A stretch of 64,000 nt of DNA from Podarcis pityusensis (lineage: Eukaryota), in the NCBI GenBank assembly GCA_964106645.2, contig OZ067052.1; one strand, written 5' to 3'. The notes under the pieces are model-generated. The model was not told the DNA's origin. It made no database searches and was given only the letters and a program-made list of their open reading frames with translations. Below, in pieces: positions 13,701 to 28,700 of the stretch (its first letter is position 1; each line of letters starts with the position of its first letter). The position numbers and the translations under genes are program-made.

Positions 13701-16700
13701 ATGACAGAGGATGAGATGGTTGGACAGTGTTATAGAAGCGACCAACATGAATTTGAAGAAACTCTGGGAGGCAGTGGAAGACAGGAGTGCCTGGTGTGCT
13801 CTGGTCCATGGGGTCACGAAAAGTCGGACACGACTAATCGACTAAACAATGACCCCCCCCCCTTCTAGGAATAGGACTTATTTAACTCACCTCTGAGTAA
13901 ACGTGCATAGGATTGCATTGTTAGCTCTTAAAATATCTGCTTCCTTTTACTGCAGTAGACATAACCCCTAGCATAGGAGCCAACTCCTAATATTTGAGGG
14001 GGGCAGGCCCCTCCAAAGTTGATGGACATTGCCATTCAAATGGAAGTGTGTGTGTGCCACATCATGTGATCGATTGTGCAAGGCAGGGCTTACTTGCCCC
14101 CACCCCTAATATTTTATTCAAGTTGACACCCCTGTCCCCTAGTTAAATATTAATTAAGCCTATGAAATATGGCTGTTTCCATTAGGTGAGAATGGGGCGT
14201 TATGTTACTGGCACTGGATTAGAATTGGTGTTTATGTCGCTGTAGGTATATTCAAGGTTCTTTTTAAAATCCATGGAAAGGACCTACCCTTTCCAAATTT
14301 CTTCAGAAAAAAAGAGCCCCTGATCAAAACCACAGAATGTGCACTGATTCTGTTGTTAAAGAAAATGAAGAGTCTCCTAGCTTAGACAATGGAAATTTTA
14401 TGAGCTGCTCGTACAAGCCCTTCTTTGCTTTTCAAACAAATAATTAAAAAGTGTATGTCTATTGCCCTTTTGAACCATATCTGGTGAAAAGCATGTAGGC
14501 CAATTTGTGTGAATGGGTTTGCCATTTAAACATACAATCATTGTGGGGGCTTTTCTTTGTGTAAGCATCCAACTTTCCTTAGGATTAAATTACTCGTGTT
14601 TTATTCTGCCAACAACAGTGGATTTCAAAGAACCCTTTGGAATGCTGCATAGCTTGGGGATTCTAATTGTGAAAACATTAAGAGGGAAGTATTCAATGTA
14701 ATTAAAGTAACAATCATGTTCTCACCTGAGAGTAAGTTTGATTGAACTCAGTGGGATTCACTTTTTATTAACATGCAAAGTAGTAGGCATAGCTTCTGAA
14801 TGCTAGTTGCTGGTGATATTCAGCAGGGGAGTCCTATTGCACTCATGTCCTGCTGGTGGGTTTCCCAAAGGCACTGTGAGAAAGAGGATGCTTGGCTAGA
14901 TGGGCCTTTGATTTGATACAGCAGTGGGCTCTTATTTATGTTCTTCTGATGGTGCTGTTATCTACAAAAAGGAATTTAAGATAAAGTGTTGCTTCGTTTT
15001 GGTTCTCAAGTGTGAGTTGGTTTATGTCCAGGGATTGTGTACATGACTTTTGGTGAATCGTGGTGAACGGTTTTGCACCGGTGGTACGTTCTTGCTCAAG
15101 AGAATGCAGAAGCTCAAGAGAATGCAGAAGCAGATTGATGACAAGTTTGATGCATGATAAACAGCAGAATATGTTGGGCAGTGAGTTTCCACTAGCACAA
15201 CAATTGTATTGGATCCCTCTGTTGTGCAAGCACAAGAGCCATTGTGTTATTGGACTAAAAATGTTGGCTATGGCCCTCTGTAACTTTATACTTTAATGCT
15301 ACAATCTTATGCTGAATTTTGACTGAATATTTAAATTTAATTTGAGGCAGAGACTTTGGTTATGTTTTCCACTGAAGTTGTGATGATGGTGTTCTTTTCT
15401 GTTTTCTATTCTTCATATCTATAGATTAATAACAGTGGGTTGCAATCTTTGTTCCAGGCCATTACTGTGCCCTGACGGGTCAGTCTCGTGTCACAGGTCC
15501 TTGCTTGGTGGGGTACTTCTGCACCACTGGGGCTACCACCCCAACACCTACAGATGGTCTGGCTGGAAATGTATGCCCAAAGGGGCATTACTGTCCCAAA
15601 GGATCTGCCTTGCCCCAACCCTGTCCTCATGGTTTCTACAGTAACTCTACAGGAAACACCAAGACTGAAGACTGTCTTCTGTGTCGTGCAGGTACAATGA
15701 GGAGTTTAGGGAATTAGAATCCTAATGCTTCCTATAAGAGCTTCCACCATTGCACTGGGACCCAAAGGATTTTCAGAGCCCCAGTGAGGAGATGGGGCTC
15801 TACACAAATATGAGCTTAGGACCTTTTCTATCCTAGAGCCCTTATGAGATCTGTTTGTTTAAACAGCTTTTCTTCTCTGTCTTCAACCACCAAATGTCTG
15901 GGTAAAGAGTCTTACCCCTACTGGCTGGGCTGATGGAGTCTGCAAGGGAAGGGAAGAGGGGTATTCTTTGTTAGAATTCTCCTTTGGTTCTCCTAAGCTT
16001 GTGCACCTGTCTCAATTCAGTCTCACTTATTCCCTCTGACTTACCAATATTCTAGTAACACTGGAGGTATAGGTTAGGGTTGCCATACATCCGGAATTTC
16101 CTGGACATAGCCGTTGGTTAACAGTGTCTAGGCAGCAATTGCTGACATCTCCAAGAAAATCTGTATGTATGGCAACCCACACTGGAAATGTATATTTTAG
16201 CAAATTTCTTTAAAAATAGCTTTAAAACATTTCCCCCCTAGATTTTTTTTTTGGGGGGGCGGAGGTCAACTTTTTCAAATATGGCAATCCTAGTAGGCAT
16301 GGTACAAAGCCAGATACTTAACTTATATTTAAAAAAGGCATTTACATTTATGTTCTACAAGATAATTATCAAGTTCACAGTCTTGTTACTTTGAAACAGT
16401 ACCATATCTTTAAATGTGTACATACACTGTTAGCTTGTTACAACAACTTATATTCAACCATTTTATGCTAAGACAGCTTGAAGGAAGCAGGTTTCCAGCT
16501 TTAACCCTTTCAATTTCTCCACCTCACTTAAGCCTCGCCAACATGATAACTACAACTGCTGGAAGGCTCTGTCGCCCCCAACCTTTACTGACCTATTAAA
16601 ACATAGATTTGCCTTCATTGCCCTGGAAATCTTCCCTTTGGTACTCCTACCAGTCACCGTAGACCAGCATTCAAACTTGCTTCTCTCTTCTCCCCTCAGT

Positions 16701-19700
16701 GCTGCAGACTGGTTCTTTCCCTTGCCTCCTCAGCCCAAGCCCAGTGATCCAGCTACCCCAGCAGGTATTTGGCCACCAAGCCACTCCATCTGCAACTCAG
16801 GTCTCCCTTCTCTTTACCCATTCCACTTCCTCTACTGCCTTCTGACTCTGCTATCATCTTCTTCTGGCTGCCTCCATGAATCCCAACAACTCAGTCATCT
16901 CCAACCAACTAACTTCTGCTGCCTAGCACCTGCCCTTATATACACTTCATCTGAGCCCTCTAGTCCAGCCCCATCCAATCACACTGCTTAACTGAAGATT
17001 CTAAATCTGCAGCCACCAATCAAAATATTCATACCTCCTTCACTTTTGCATACTGAGAATTCCAACTGACAGTTGGAAAGCCCCAAATGACAGTTAAACT
17101 TTAACCAGAAAGAAAATTTTGTCCATCAAGTACATTACAATGTATATAACAGCACAAAAGTCAGAACACACTTCAAAGAAATGTATTTCAAATAAACAGG
17201 ATTTCTTCAGTCCTCCACAACATCTGGAGCACCACAGATTCTCCCCTTCCCACCGATGATGATATCCATGGTCCACATATCCTGGAAGCTGCTTTATATT
17301 TCTGCTCCATTTCAGGATATTTCTGTGATGGGACAGGGCTTGCCTCCCCTTCTGGTCTCTGTCACGCTGGGTTCTACTGCAGTGGAGGAGCTGTTTCTCC
17401 CAGACCTCAGCTGGTAAGCTATGCTGATGCTGATAATGATAATATTGTAATTGTCAGGAGTAGAAGGAACTTTAAATTAGGAAGCACTGGTGGAAGATTT
17501 TTATGGTTAATGTCAGCTGGTGATGTTTCAACCTTCCTTTCTGTTATATTTGCAAATAAAAATTCTCAAAAGAGAGACTAAGGGAAGAGTGGAGAACTTA
17601 GAATTTACTTATCCCTTCATTCGCCCCCCCCCCTTTCTCTCCATGAAGTTTACTTCAGGAGGTATCAGGTGATCTCATTCCTAGCAGAAGCCAGTTTCTA
17701 TATGCCTCTTTATCATTTGTCTTATGAGAGCACACTCCAAATGACTTGAATTTGACACTTTTTGAATTCAAGCCACATCTGCAAAGGAAGATTCTTTCTT
17801 TGCAGTTACAGCTTGGGAAATACCTGATGTCTTATGATGTGCCTGGTGTCATATTACATGAGGTGATGGACAGGTGGGTAACCCCACCCAGCTGTCAAAG
17901 TGTCATGAGGAAGCTTGGTCATGTTTGCATCCAGCTCTCTAACAAACAGGTTCCCCACTTCTGTTCTGCAGTGATGACACTTATATTTCCAGGTAACAAG
18001 CGGAGGAGGGCAATGCCCACCTGGTCATTACTGTGTCTCAGGGAGTGGACAACCACAGCTATGCCCAGCTGGAAGCTACAGCCCCTTCTGGGGAATGGCC
18101 CAATGTCTGGAGTGCCCAGAAGGTGTTTACTGTGATGTTGGTTCAGCTAATTACACCAACTGCCCAGTCGGTGAGTTTAGCACTACAGGTATCTTTCCAG
18201 CTTCTTCTTTTTCTTTGAACTGCATCAGTCCAATGCTCTGAAGGCCTTCTAGATGCCTGCATCTAGATCTAGATCACTACTGTTGACCTGTTGCTCAGAA
18301 TGTTGCATCATCCTGACCTGTGAAGCTTCACCACATGGCCTACTCTGGTCTATTGCTATGCAGGAAGTATTTGCTGGTGGTCAGGTCTGATTTCCTTATG
18401 ATTCCTTCTCGATCAGAATGTAAGAACATAAGAAGAGCCCTGTTCGATCAGGCCTGTGGCCCATGTAGTCCAAATTCCTGTTCTCACAGTGGCCAACCAG
18501 ATGTCTGAGTGAACTGGCAAACGGGACCCAAGCACAAGAGCTCTCTCCCCTCCTTGTGGCCTCCAGCATTACTGTCACTGACTGCAGAATTTTTCCAGTT
18601 CTTTTTGAAAGCCATCCAAGCTGATGGGCATCACTGCCTCCTGTAGGGGCTAATTCTCTGCATGAAGAAGTCCTTTCTTTTGTCTGTCCCGAACATTACA
18701 CCATTCAGCTTCCTTGGATGTCCATGTGTTCAAGCATTATGAGTAGGGATGGGGAAACTGAACTACAACTCCAGCATTGGTTGTGCTGGCGGTAAGAGGG
18801 AGACTTCTGCATTGGTATGTAAATGGGTCCCTGCTTGTGGCATTACTGATGCCCATATGTAACCTTCACAACATCCGTGTGTGTCTGTGTCTGTGTCTGT
18901 GTTCTTGTGAATTTGATTCCTGGATTGATGCAAATTGCCTTGAGCATTTGCAAAAGTGTCCTTTAACAGTCTGGTATTTACAATTTTGGCAATCGCCTTC
19001 TCTTCTCCAGGGTACTACTGCCCACGTGGTACAAAGTTTGCCACTCAGTTCCCTTGTCCAAGGGGGACCTACAGTGAGATTCTTAACATCAAGACTGTCT
19101 TGGATTGCCAGCTATGCCCTCCTGGAAAGTTTTGCTCCAAGCCGGGCTTGGCAAGCCCAGATGGCATGTGCATGCCCGGATGGTACTGCCCTCCTGGGTC
19201 AACTTCAGGCAAGCCGGTATCCCCAGGAAACAACACTGGTATTGGAGAATACATTTGATTGCATAATGGTGCATTTGGGTGTGGGTGGGAGAAAATGATA
19301 TTTTGTCCTGGCACAATAGCACAGAATATTTATTTATTATTTAGGAATATTTATACCCTGCCAGCTTAGCAAAGTTCTCAAGGTGGTCTACAATATATTT
19401 AATAAACAGACAGTGCTACAGTAGTCACCACAGCAGGGCAAAGGTGTATATAAGTCCTCCCCCCTCGCCTTGTTCTCCAGTGTTCCAACAAATGCCATTC
19501 TGCAGCTGAGTATCATGGCTGTTGAGGCAGCTACATGTTAGGCCCACAGATGGCAGGATGTCCTCACTGGGTGGTGGTGGCTGCTGATGTCTCTCGCAGC
19601 CTAGGCCCTGGTAGCAGATGCAGGAGGTGCCATGGAGAGCAAAGATGTTCCATACCTTCCTCTCAAACATTAGCCCCATCTAGGCCAGGACTTCCTTACT

Positions 19701-22700
19701 GTGCAGCAGCTGATTATGCTTCTGTGGTGCTAGGCTGAGCCAAAAGAGGGACAGAGACATTTTTGTGGCGGCACATTTTTGCACAGAAAAGGTTAACATG
19801 TAAACATCAGTGCAGCCCTACATATTACTGGCAGTAGAATTCCGCTTCCTGGGAAACTCCATTTTTATTGTTGTTTAAAGTTTATATAGATTGTGAAGAT
19901 AAATATATGCTGGTGGAGCAGACGGGCAAAATGCCTGCTTAAATCTGAGAAGCTGGCTTATTATCAGATTTCCAGTGGGTTGGATGGGGTCCTTTTGTGT
20001 CTCTTGACACACACATACCCCAAACTTGCCAAGACAGATGATAATGTGAAATAGACAGTGCAAAATGGCAAAAATAACAGTCCACACAGGATAAATTATG
20101 TGGTTTGAAACCAGTTTTTATATAGATGCATAAATTTTGGGCCTCCTAGATGCTGAATTTTAATTTTTGCTGCACAAAGTATTGCTCATAGTCAGGATGT
20201 ATACTTTTCAGACACTGTCTTTTCCATTCCATGAACAGGATCCACTGTCCAAGCTTTAATTCAAATATGTCCTGCTGGAGCATTCTGTCCGGAGGGATCT
20301 CCTGTTCCCATCCCTTGCACTCCAGGTAGATATACTTCTCACTAACCTTTCAGAGCATACTTTCAAACTTGCCACCCCCAAGTTCCCACAGGTAGTCCAA
20401 GAGATCATAGGCAGCTGTTTTCTGCAGCTGACTTGTTTTTAAGGTGCTTGATCTCCCTGTGGTCTTTAGAGATGGGGGAGGAATTCGAATCCATTCACAT
20501 TTGAAGACGAACCAACCTAATTCGCACTTTAAAAAAAATGAATTAAAAGAATGCATCAACTGAAACAGAGGGAACCTTTGAAATTTGCATGTCTCTTAGC
20601 CAAGAAATGCATATTTTAGGGAGAATTGTGCATAAAATCCAGATATTAATGAAAACAATGCGCAGAAATACATTATATTATGGAGAGTTGCTTTGCAACC
20701 ATGTGTGTATTGTGATAAATTTGCACTAAAACACTGGCAAATTTTCATGAGGACTGTCAAAAAAAGAAATTTGCAAATGGGTGTGGAAATGTAAGATTGA
20801 AAAAGTGAAAAACTGATAGAAACCAAAATTTATTAAATCGCCCACCCCTCACTACAGTTTCCATGTACATTCTATAGCCCATGCTGTTCACTCTGATTGC
20901 TAAAGGCAGCAAGGAGATGGAGTGAGTCAATGCAGTGTGAGAGCTGGCAAGTGTAAGAAAATTTTTTTATTAACCGACCAATCACATCAAATCAAACCAA
21001 ATTACATAAATTCCAAATTACACAGCCGAATTTTAAATTTTTGTTGGGGGTACCCGTATTTCAAGTTCCGAAGGGGATCCAATCAACTTCTTGCTTCTTG
21101 CTGCTGTTTTAATGTCCACAAATCTAACCTTATGATGTTCACAGTACTATCCAGTCCTTTCTTATTGTTTTTTCCACATCTCTTGTTATTTTCATATATT
21201 TTTCCTTTCTCTTTGTGACCTCTGATAGTCTCTACAAGCTGGTTAGAACAGTTTGTAATCCTGCGTGGATATTATTATTTTTTATCCAGTAGCCATATCC
21301 AGACGTTTTCCATATAACATCACTTCCATACGTCAAAACAGTCTTAGCATCATTAATCTTCACCAATCTGCCTCCTTTCTCAAAACCTCTGAGGAGATTC
21401 ACCAGGAATGCAGTCTGACAAGTCTGTTCCTCCACCCGGCTATAAATCCTTTGGCAAGATGGAGACTCCAAATTAATTGCTGTGCCATTCCAAAAGCTCT
21501 TATTGCTTCTCGATCTCCATAAAGCATACTTTTGGTTAAAGTTTATCTCCACACAGACCTTAATCATCCTGCTTGGGTCAGTTCAACCCAGCCTTTGGTG
21601 TATCTTCATCGTAAAATATTCCTGTTTCTCCATCCCATCGTCTTCTTTTGCAGAGGTCACTTAAATTAGCAGACTTCACTCCCCTTCTTCACTTGAAATA
21701 TGTGCATTTGCTTCTTTTGTAATTAATTATTCCAAATTGCTGCAGCTAGTGCGCGATCAGAGACAGCGTCCAAGAGAGCCGAGGTCCACACGGGGGCATT
21801 CTGCCTAGGGCCCGCACCCCCTTCTTTCGAATTAGGGGTGATTTATGGGCAAAGCAGGCAAGGGCAGTGTTCCCCATTTCCTTGGGGCAAGGGCAACAAG
21901 GGAGGCTGCCTACTCCCATAACAGCCTCTTAATTACCCTGTGTGGGTCGGAGAGATGGTATTGTCGGCCATCTTCCAATGCGCCCCTAGTGCCCCCCACC
22001 GAGAGCTGGCAAGTGTAGGAGCAGAAGAGGACAGAAAGAGCTCCATTTCCCCCTGCAGTGCATCTCTTGCACGCTACAGTGTCCAGCTTGGAATGCAGCA
22101 ACCTGCTAACACAACATGCCCTTAGAAAAATATGTTTGATCATGATTGCACTGAGATAAAATGGGTTGCTTCCAGCACTAGCCTTGCTCAGAGTAGACCC
22201 AATGAAATGAATAGGCATGGCTAACTTACATCCATTGCTTTCAGTGGGTCTACTCTGAGTAGATGTTAATTGGCTACAACCCTATGTCTGCAGAATGCTG
22301 TATCTTGGCTTAATAAGGTGAGATCAGAACAAGACTTTTGCCTTGCATGTAGTGCTTTTCTTCCATGAGGAAACGCCCACAAAGTCTTCCAAACCATGGT
22401 TTGCCAGCCTTGGAATGAGTCAGGATATTAAACTGTAATTCAGAGTTGGTTGAATAAGGCTGGTAACCATAGCCACTTGGTTCAGACAAAATTAGAAACT
22501 TTGGTTAATTAGAGACTTCCTGATTTGGCTGCTCACACCACAAAGGGTGGTTTGAAGGGGCTCAATTATTTAACTGTTTATTATGCAAAGATATAATTAT
22601 CCAAACCAGCTGAAATTTGCAGAAAATAGACCACACAGAAATTGACCGTGCAGCTTGCTTGCCTCTCCCTCTCTGTTCAGGGAGCCTCTCACCTCACCCC

Positions 22701-25700
22701 TGGTCCTCTACTCAACTATATCTCATCCAAGCCCTGTAATTCAACATTTCTCCCAAAGCCTTACTTGCAAACAAAGTATATTTACAACCCCAGGGCAGGA
22801 AATCTAGATCTACTGGGGCTTTGCCCTGTTCTAGGCATGCCTTTGAACAGATCATCCTGTTGCTTCTCTAGCCCTAGCTTAGAGGTTAATTCCAATAGTG
22901 CTGGAATACATAGCTACTTAATGGGAGACCCATGGAGGCAAAAATGCTGAATCTGAAAGTGCTCTTCTTCCCTCCTTCTTTAGGTTTTTACTGTGCCTCT
23001 TCAGAATTGGCTGCGCCTTCAGGCCCTTGTGATGCTGGCTTCTACTGCACTGGGGGCTCCACCATCCCAAACCCAACAGATGGGGCAATGGGAGATATTT
23101 GTCCTGGAGGCCATGTCTGCCCACAGGGAAGCTCTTCTCCCATTCCATGCCTTGCAGGTAGGTCCCAAAATAGCTGCTCAGCAAAGCACATGTGCCGTAA
23201 TCAATTCCAGAGATCAGGGGCATTGGCAAGGGCAGGGGCAAACCCCAGGTCTACTCCACCTGGCTGAGGATCTCCTTCCCTCCTTTAAAAAAAAAAAAAA
23301 AAATCTTTGCAGCTGGGCCCACTGCAAAGCCCAATGCCAATGTGACTCCAGCTACCTACCTTGTTAATTTGTGGAGGATACAATCCCCATATTTTATGTT
23401 GGGTACAGAAAATTGGGTTTGCATCCCGTAGCTTAGCCCTGATAGCAAGTATGTGTTTGTTTCCCTCTGAAAGTCAGCCTAAAATTGCATCTATACATCT
23501 GAAATATGCAAATATGGATCATGAGCTTGTACTGCCTACTTGCTTAACTGAAACTCTGAAGTTCTGCTTTATCTATGTACTCTCAGGCTGAGCCTAGGTT
23601 TCGTCATCATTGGCAGCAAATAAACAAGAGTTCTTCTGGGCCAGCAAAGATGGAGATAAGGATTCTCCCAAATCATAATATTTTTATATTGCACCTCCCA
23701 GAAACAGGAATGAATAGAAGAGAGAGCCTATTGGATTCTGATTGTAACTGTTTTCTCACATGCGAGTGGAGAAAAATCCCTCTTCTCTCCCTCCCAGACA
23801 TTCTGTATGGACTGATGCAAAATGCTGTCTTTCCGTTATAGCTATCAAGGGCCAGTTTAACCAAATCAACTGGCATGGTTTTGTTTTGTTTTGTTTTTTA
23901 AATGATGTATTGTGAGCATTAAACTGCATTAGGGATTAGTAGCTGGTCCCCCATGAAAAGTCTCCCCTGTGTAAAGAACTAGGCAGGGCTGGATTAAGCA
24001 TTAAGCAAAATAGGCACATGTTTAGGGCATCCATTTCCAGATTTACCATGGACAACATGGTGTGGCTGAACCAGGTTCCTCAAAAAAGGCTCCCACAATA
24101 AATGGAAAAATTACATACACAAATAAGCAATAATTACAAAATAATAATAACATAGTAATAATAGAGATTAATGATATACATTAATCTTGGGAATCCAACA
24201 AAATTAGAATCTGGTAAAAATTTATTTTATGGTTTATTATTGTTTATATTTTGAAATAGGTATATATGGGGCACCAATTTTTTTTTATTTTAAAAATTAA
24301 GTGTTTAGGGCCTCTAAAGGTCTTAATCCAGCCCTGGAACGATGATGTCAGGGGAATGTCTGCAACCTAGCCTTGTCCCTGCTGTGTTCTGTGTAGCCGA
24401 GACAGATTAGTATGGCAGGTAATATACATAAGCAAACATGTGTTTCCTTTTACAGGCTCCTTTCTAGGTGACCGGGGTGGTGAGTCCCTGCAAGACTGCC
24501 GTCTTTGTGTGGCTGGCTGGTTCTGTTCCCTCCGAGGTCAAACTTCCCCAGAGGGTTTGTGCATGGCAGGCTGGTTCTGCCCAGAAGGATCAGTATCTGC
24601 CCAGAATCCAGGTAGGAAAATGTGATGTGCTCAAGGGCCACCACTTGTGTTGCAGTAGGAATGTGAATAGAAACAAAAGATGGGTTTCTAGAAACTAAGG
24701 AAATACAGTTGTCTTCAAATTTAAAAAACTCCAAGCCATTTGGACGTGAAAGCTTCTGGGATTGCTAGATGCTGTTTTGTGCCTTTTTTGCCACTTCTGT
24801 GCACATTTAGGGCAGGTTTTTTTGCCTTTTTAAAAGTCACTTTTGGGTTTGATGCAATGCATGTTGACACGCGTAAATTGGATGCATGTAAATTGGTCGT
24901 TAGGGACGTGGGTGGCACTGTGGGTTAAACCACAGAGCCTAGGATTTGCCGATCAGAAGGTCGGTGGTTCGAATCCCCGCAACGGGGTGAGCTCCCATTG
25001 CTCGGTCCCTGCTCCTGCCAACCTAGCAGTTCGAAAGCACATCAAAGTGCAAGTAAATAAATAGGTACTGCTCTGGCGGGAAGGTAAACGGCATTTCTGT
25101 GCGCTGCTCTGGTTCGCCAGAAGCGGCTTAGTCATGCTGGCCACATGACTCAGAAGCTGTACCCCGGCTCCCTTGGCCAATAAAGCGAGATGAGCACTGC
25201 AACCCCAGAGTCGGTCACGACTGGGGTCCCTTTACCTTTTTAAAATTGATTGTTGGCTTATATCCAGCCCTTTTTTTCTGGGGGGACGCAGGGGTAAGCA
25301 TATCCTTAAACATTTTGTGAATCTAAGTTTGGCTCCATCAATATGAGTAGGAAAATGAGAGTACCCCTAAACATTTTTTTTTAGAAAAAAAGCACTGCTT
25401 ATATCAAAAGGTGCATGTGAACATTTTTTATCTTTAAACTAGGCTAGCAAGCATCACATGTGTCAAGCCCAGCTTCTGAATTAGAAACGGTGCTAGCAGA
25501 TGATTTATTGATCTTCTTGTAACTTTTTCTAATTATTTTTCTGCAATGCTTGAAGTTCACACTCCTCCTTGCATTATAGCTGCACAGGGTGCCCATTAAA
25601 GTAACACACAATCCAATCCAACACACAGCTGCAACATTTTCTACCCATTTTTCTTTTCCATAGACTACCTCTGTCCTCTTGGTCACTATTGCCCCATGGG

Positions 25701-28700
25701 CAGCCCACAGCCCAAACCATGCCCCCCTGGAAAATACCAGGATGAAACTGGTCAAAGCCTGTGCAAAGTCTGCCCAGCAGGAAAGTAAGTGAAACAGTTT
25801 GTGGGATCCTTCACCTTTTTTTGTTATCTTCTCCTCTGCAGTCTGCATAGCAGTTGCTAGTCTTTAGGTTTCCCAAGACCAGGGAAGGGAGAGAGATTCC
25901 ACTGAGTTCACTTTTAAAGGTGAACATACTAAATTTCCACTTTCCAAAACAATACATGAACTGCAATGCAAGCAAGCTTCCTTTAAAATTTGCACTTTTC
26001 TGAATTTTGTAAGGGAATTCTCTATGCACAAAAATGTAACACTAGAAGAGACATGGTCTGGTTTTTTGGCAGGTTCTGTGATCCTGATTTCCAAGCACAG
26101 GATTCCAAAAACACCTCTCCACGGGGCGTGGTCAGGCCATTGGACTGCCTGCCTGGATACTACTGCCTGTCAGGGACGGAAACTGCCAAGCAATTCCCAT
26201 GCCCCAATGGCACCTTCAGTAACCAGACAGGCCTGAGCAGCTACAAGGAATGCACACCCTGTCCTGGAGGCCAATTCTGTGCAAACCCAGGTAGGTCAAG
26301 GAGACAACAAGCAGATTTCAGTTTGGGCTGCAATCCTAAGCATGCCTACCTGGAAGGCAAACCTGGTGAAAGTGGATTTTCTTTGTTGTTTTTTATATAA
26401 TATTTATTAAACTTTTGAGAAATTACAAAAAATAAGAGAAAAAGGCAAAAAAAAAAGGAAAAAAAGAAACAAAAATGAAGATACAAAGTAAAAACAGTTA
26501 AAAACAAATCAGTCTTTCCATATCTTATCTTTCATTTGCTTGTTTCCCTGACCTCCTCACACCTCCCTTTTTTGTATTCCAGTTCAATTAGTTAATTCAG
26601 CAATTCCTTTCCCTCTTTAGTTTTATCTTAATCTTCCATCTTAATATATTATAACTTTAAATTATCACCTATTAACAATCCATTTTTACATATTCCTTTC
26701 TAACATTGCTACTAAAAACCACTTAACTTCAATCCAACATCATTCTAACATTCATTAATTTTGCAGTGTTTCTGTAAATAGTTTTTAAATTTCTTCCAAT
26801 CTTCTTCCACCGACTCTTCTCCCTGGTCTCGGATTCTGCCAGTCATTTCCGCCAGTTCCATATAGTCCATCACCTTCGTCTGCCATTCTTCCAGAGTGGG
26901 TAAATCTTGTGTCTTCCAGTGTTTTGCGATAAGTATTCTTGCTGCTGTTGTGGCATACATAAAGAAAGTTCTATCCTTCTTTAACACCAATTGGCCAACC
27001 ATGCCCAGGAGAAAGGCCTCTGGTTTCTTCAGAAAGGTATATTTAAGTACCTTTTTCATTTCATTATAGATCATCTCCCAGAAAGCCTTAATCCTTGGAC
27101 ACGTCCACCAAAGGTGAAAGAATGTACCTTGAGTTTGATGATAGATTTTTGCAAGCTTGACTGGTGTCATGTACCACCTGTATATCATTTTCATAATATT
27201 CTCTCTTAAGGCATTACATGCCGTGAACTTCATACCTGTGGTCCATAACTGTTCCCAGTCAGCCATCATAATGTTATGTCCAACATCTTGTGCCCATTTA
27301 ATCATAACAGATTTCACTGTTTCATCTTGAGTATTCCATTTCAACAGCAAGTTATACATTCTTGACAAATTCTTAACTTTAGGATCTAACAGTTCTGTTT
27401 CCAATTTTGATTTTTCCACCTGGAAGCCAATTTTCTTGTCCAGATTGTATGCCTCCATTATTTGATAATAATGAAGCCAGAAGAAGATTGGAAGAAATTT
27501 AAAGACTATCTACAGAAATACTGTAAAATTAATGAATGTTAGAATGATGTTGGAATGAAGCTAAGGGGTTTTTAGTAGTAACGCTACAAGGAGTATGCAA
27601 AAATGGACTGTTAACAGATGAGAATATACAATTATTATATATTAAGACAAAGGTCTAAGATAAAAACAAAGAGAGAAAGGATTTGCTGAATTAATTTGCT
27701 GAATTAAAGAATTTACTGAACTGGAATACAAAAAAGGGGAGGTGTGAGGAGGTCAGGGAAACAAGTGAGTGAAAGACAAGATATGGAAAGATTGATTTGT
27801 TTTTAATTGTTTTTACTTTTTTGTATTTTGTATTTTCTTCTTTCTTTTTTTATTTTTTCTTATTATTACTATTGTAACTCTTTTTTATTTTTGAAACTTT
27901 AATAAATATCTTATAAAAAAAACCTTTGTTTCAATATATGATTACAGCAGTGAGACTTTTATACGCACAAAGGTGGAAAGACTCGTCATTACCAACTATG
28001 AAGGAATGGTTGTTAAAATTAATGGGCTTAGCTGAGATGGTGACATGTTTAATCAGAGAAAAGTCATTGTTAACATTCACTAAAGATTGGAAACCTCTCA
28101 TAGAATTTTTGCATGAAAAAGAAAATAAACCAATGACATTTGGGTTTGAGGATTGAAGATAATGTTGGTTTATAGAAAGTAGTTTTATTGGGTTTTATAT
28201 TGGAGTGGATGAGTTGAATAATGCTTGTATATAGCAGACTGATGAAGAATCGGAAATTTCNNNNNNNNNNNNNNNNNNNNNNNNNNNNNNNNNNNNNNNN
28301 NNNNNNNNNNNNNNNNNNNNNNNNNNNNNNNNNNNNNNNNNNNNNNNNNNNNNNNNNNNNNNNNNNNNNNNNNNNNNNNNNNNNNNNNNNNNNNNATTTC
28401 TTCATCCTCTCTTTCTCTCTGTTTTTTATTTTCTTTCTTTTTCTTTTCGGTTTGTGTTTTTATTTAGATTAAAATTTTAGTTTTGATTAAAAAGATAATA
28501 GGTAGTAATCTTTGTATCCCGTTTCCCAAACTCTCATACAATTTATTCTTTTTATTTAAAAAAGTGCTTTAAAGGTATAGTGTGTATCTAAATCCCCAAA
28601 TGCAATCTCAATGCAATATCCTCACCAGTTATGTGCAATCCAGAGCTTTTGAGCAGTATAATAATGTGAATATAAATAAAGTAAAATAAAGCCTCTCTCT

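Noticed and set aside
13693-13849. BovB fragment as a novel horizontal transfer
   Set aside because: BovB is an established, abundant resident of squamate genomes.
26745-27458. 237-aa minus-strand ORF as a nested host gene
   Set aside because: It is the truncated C-terminus of an L1 ORF2 with its 3'UTR.
28070-28472. ORFs containing X runs
   Set aside because: Artefacts of translating through the 135-N gap.
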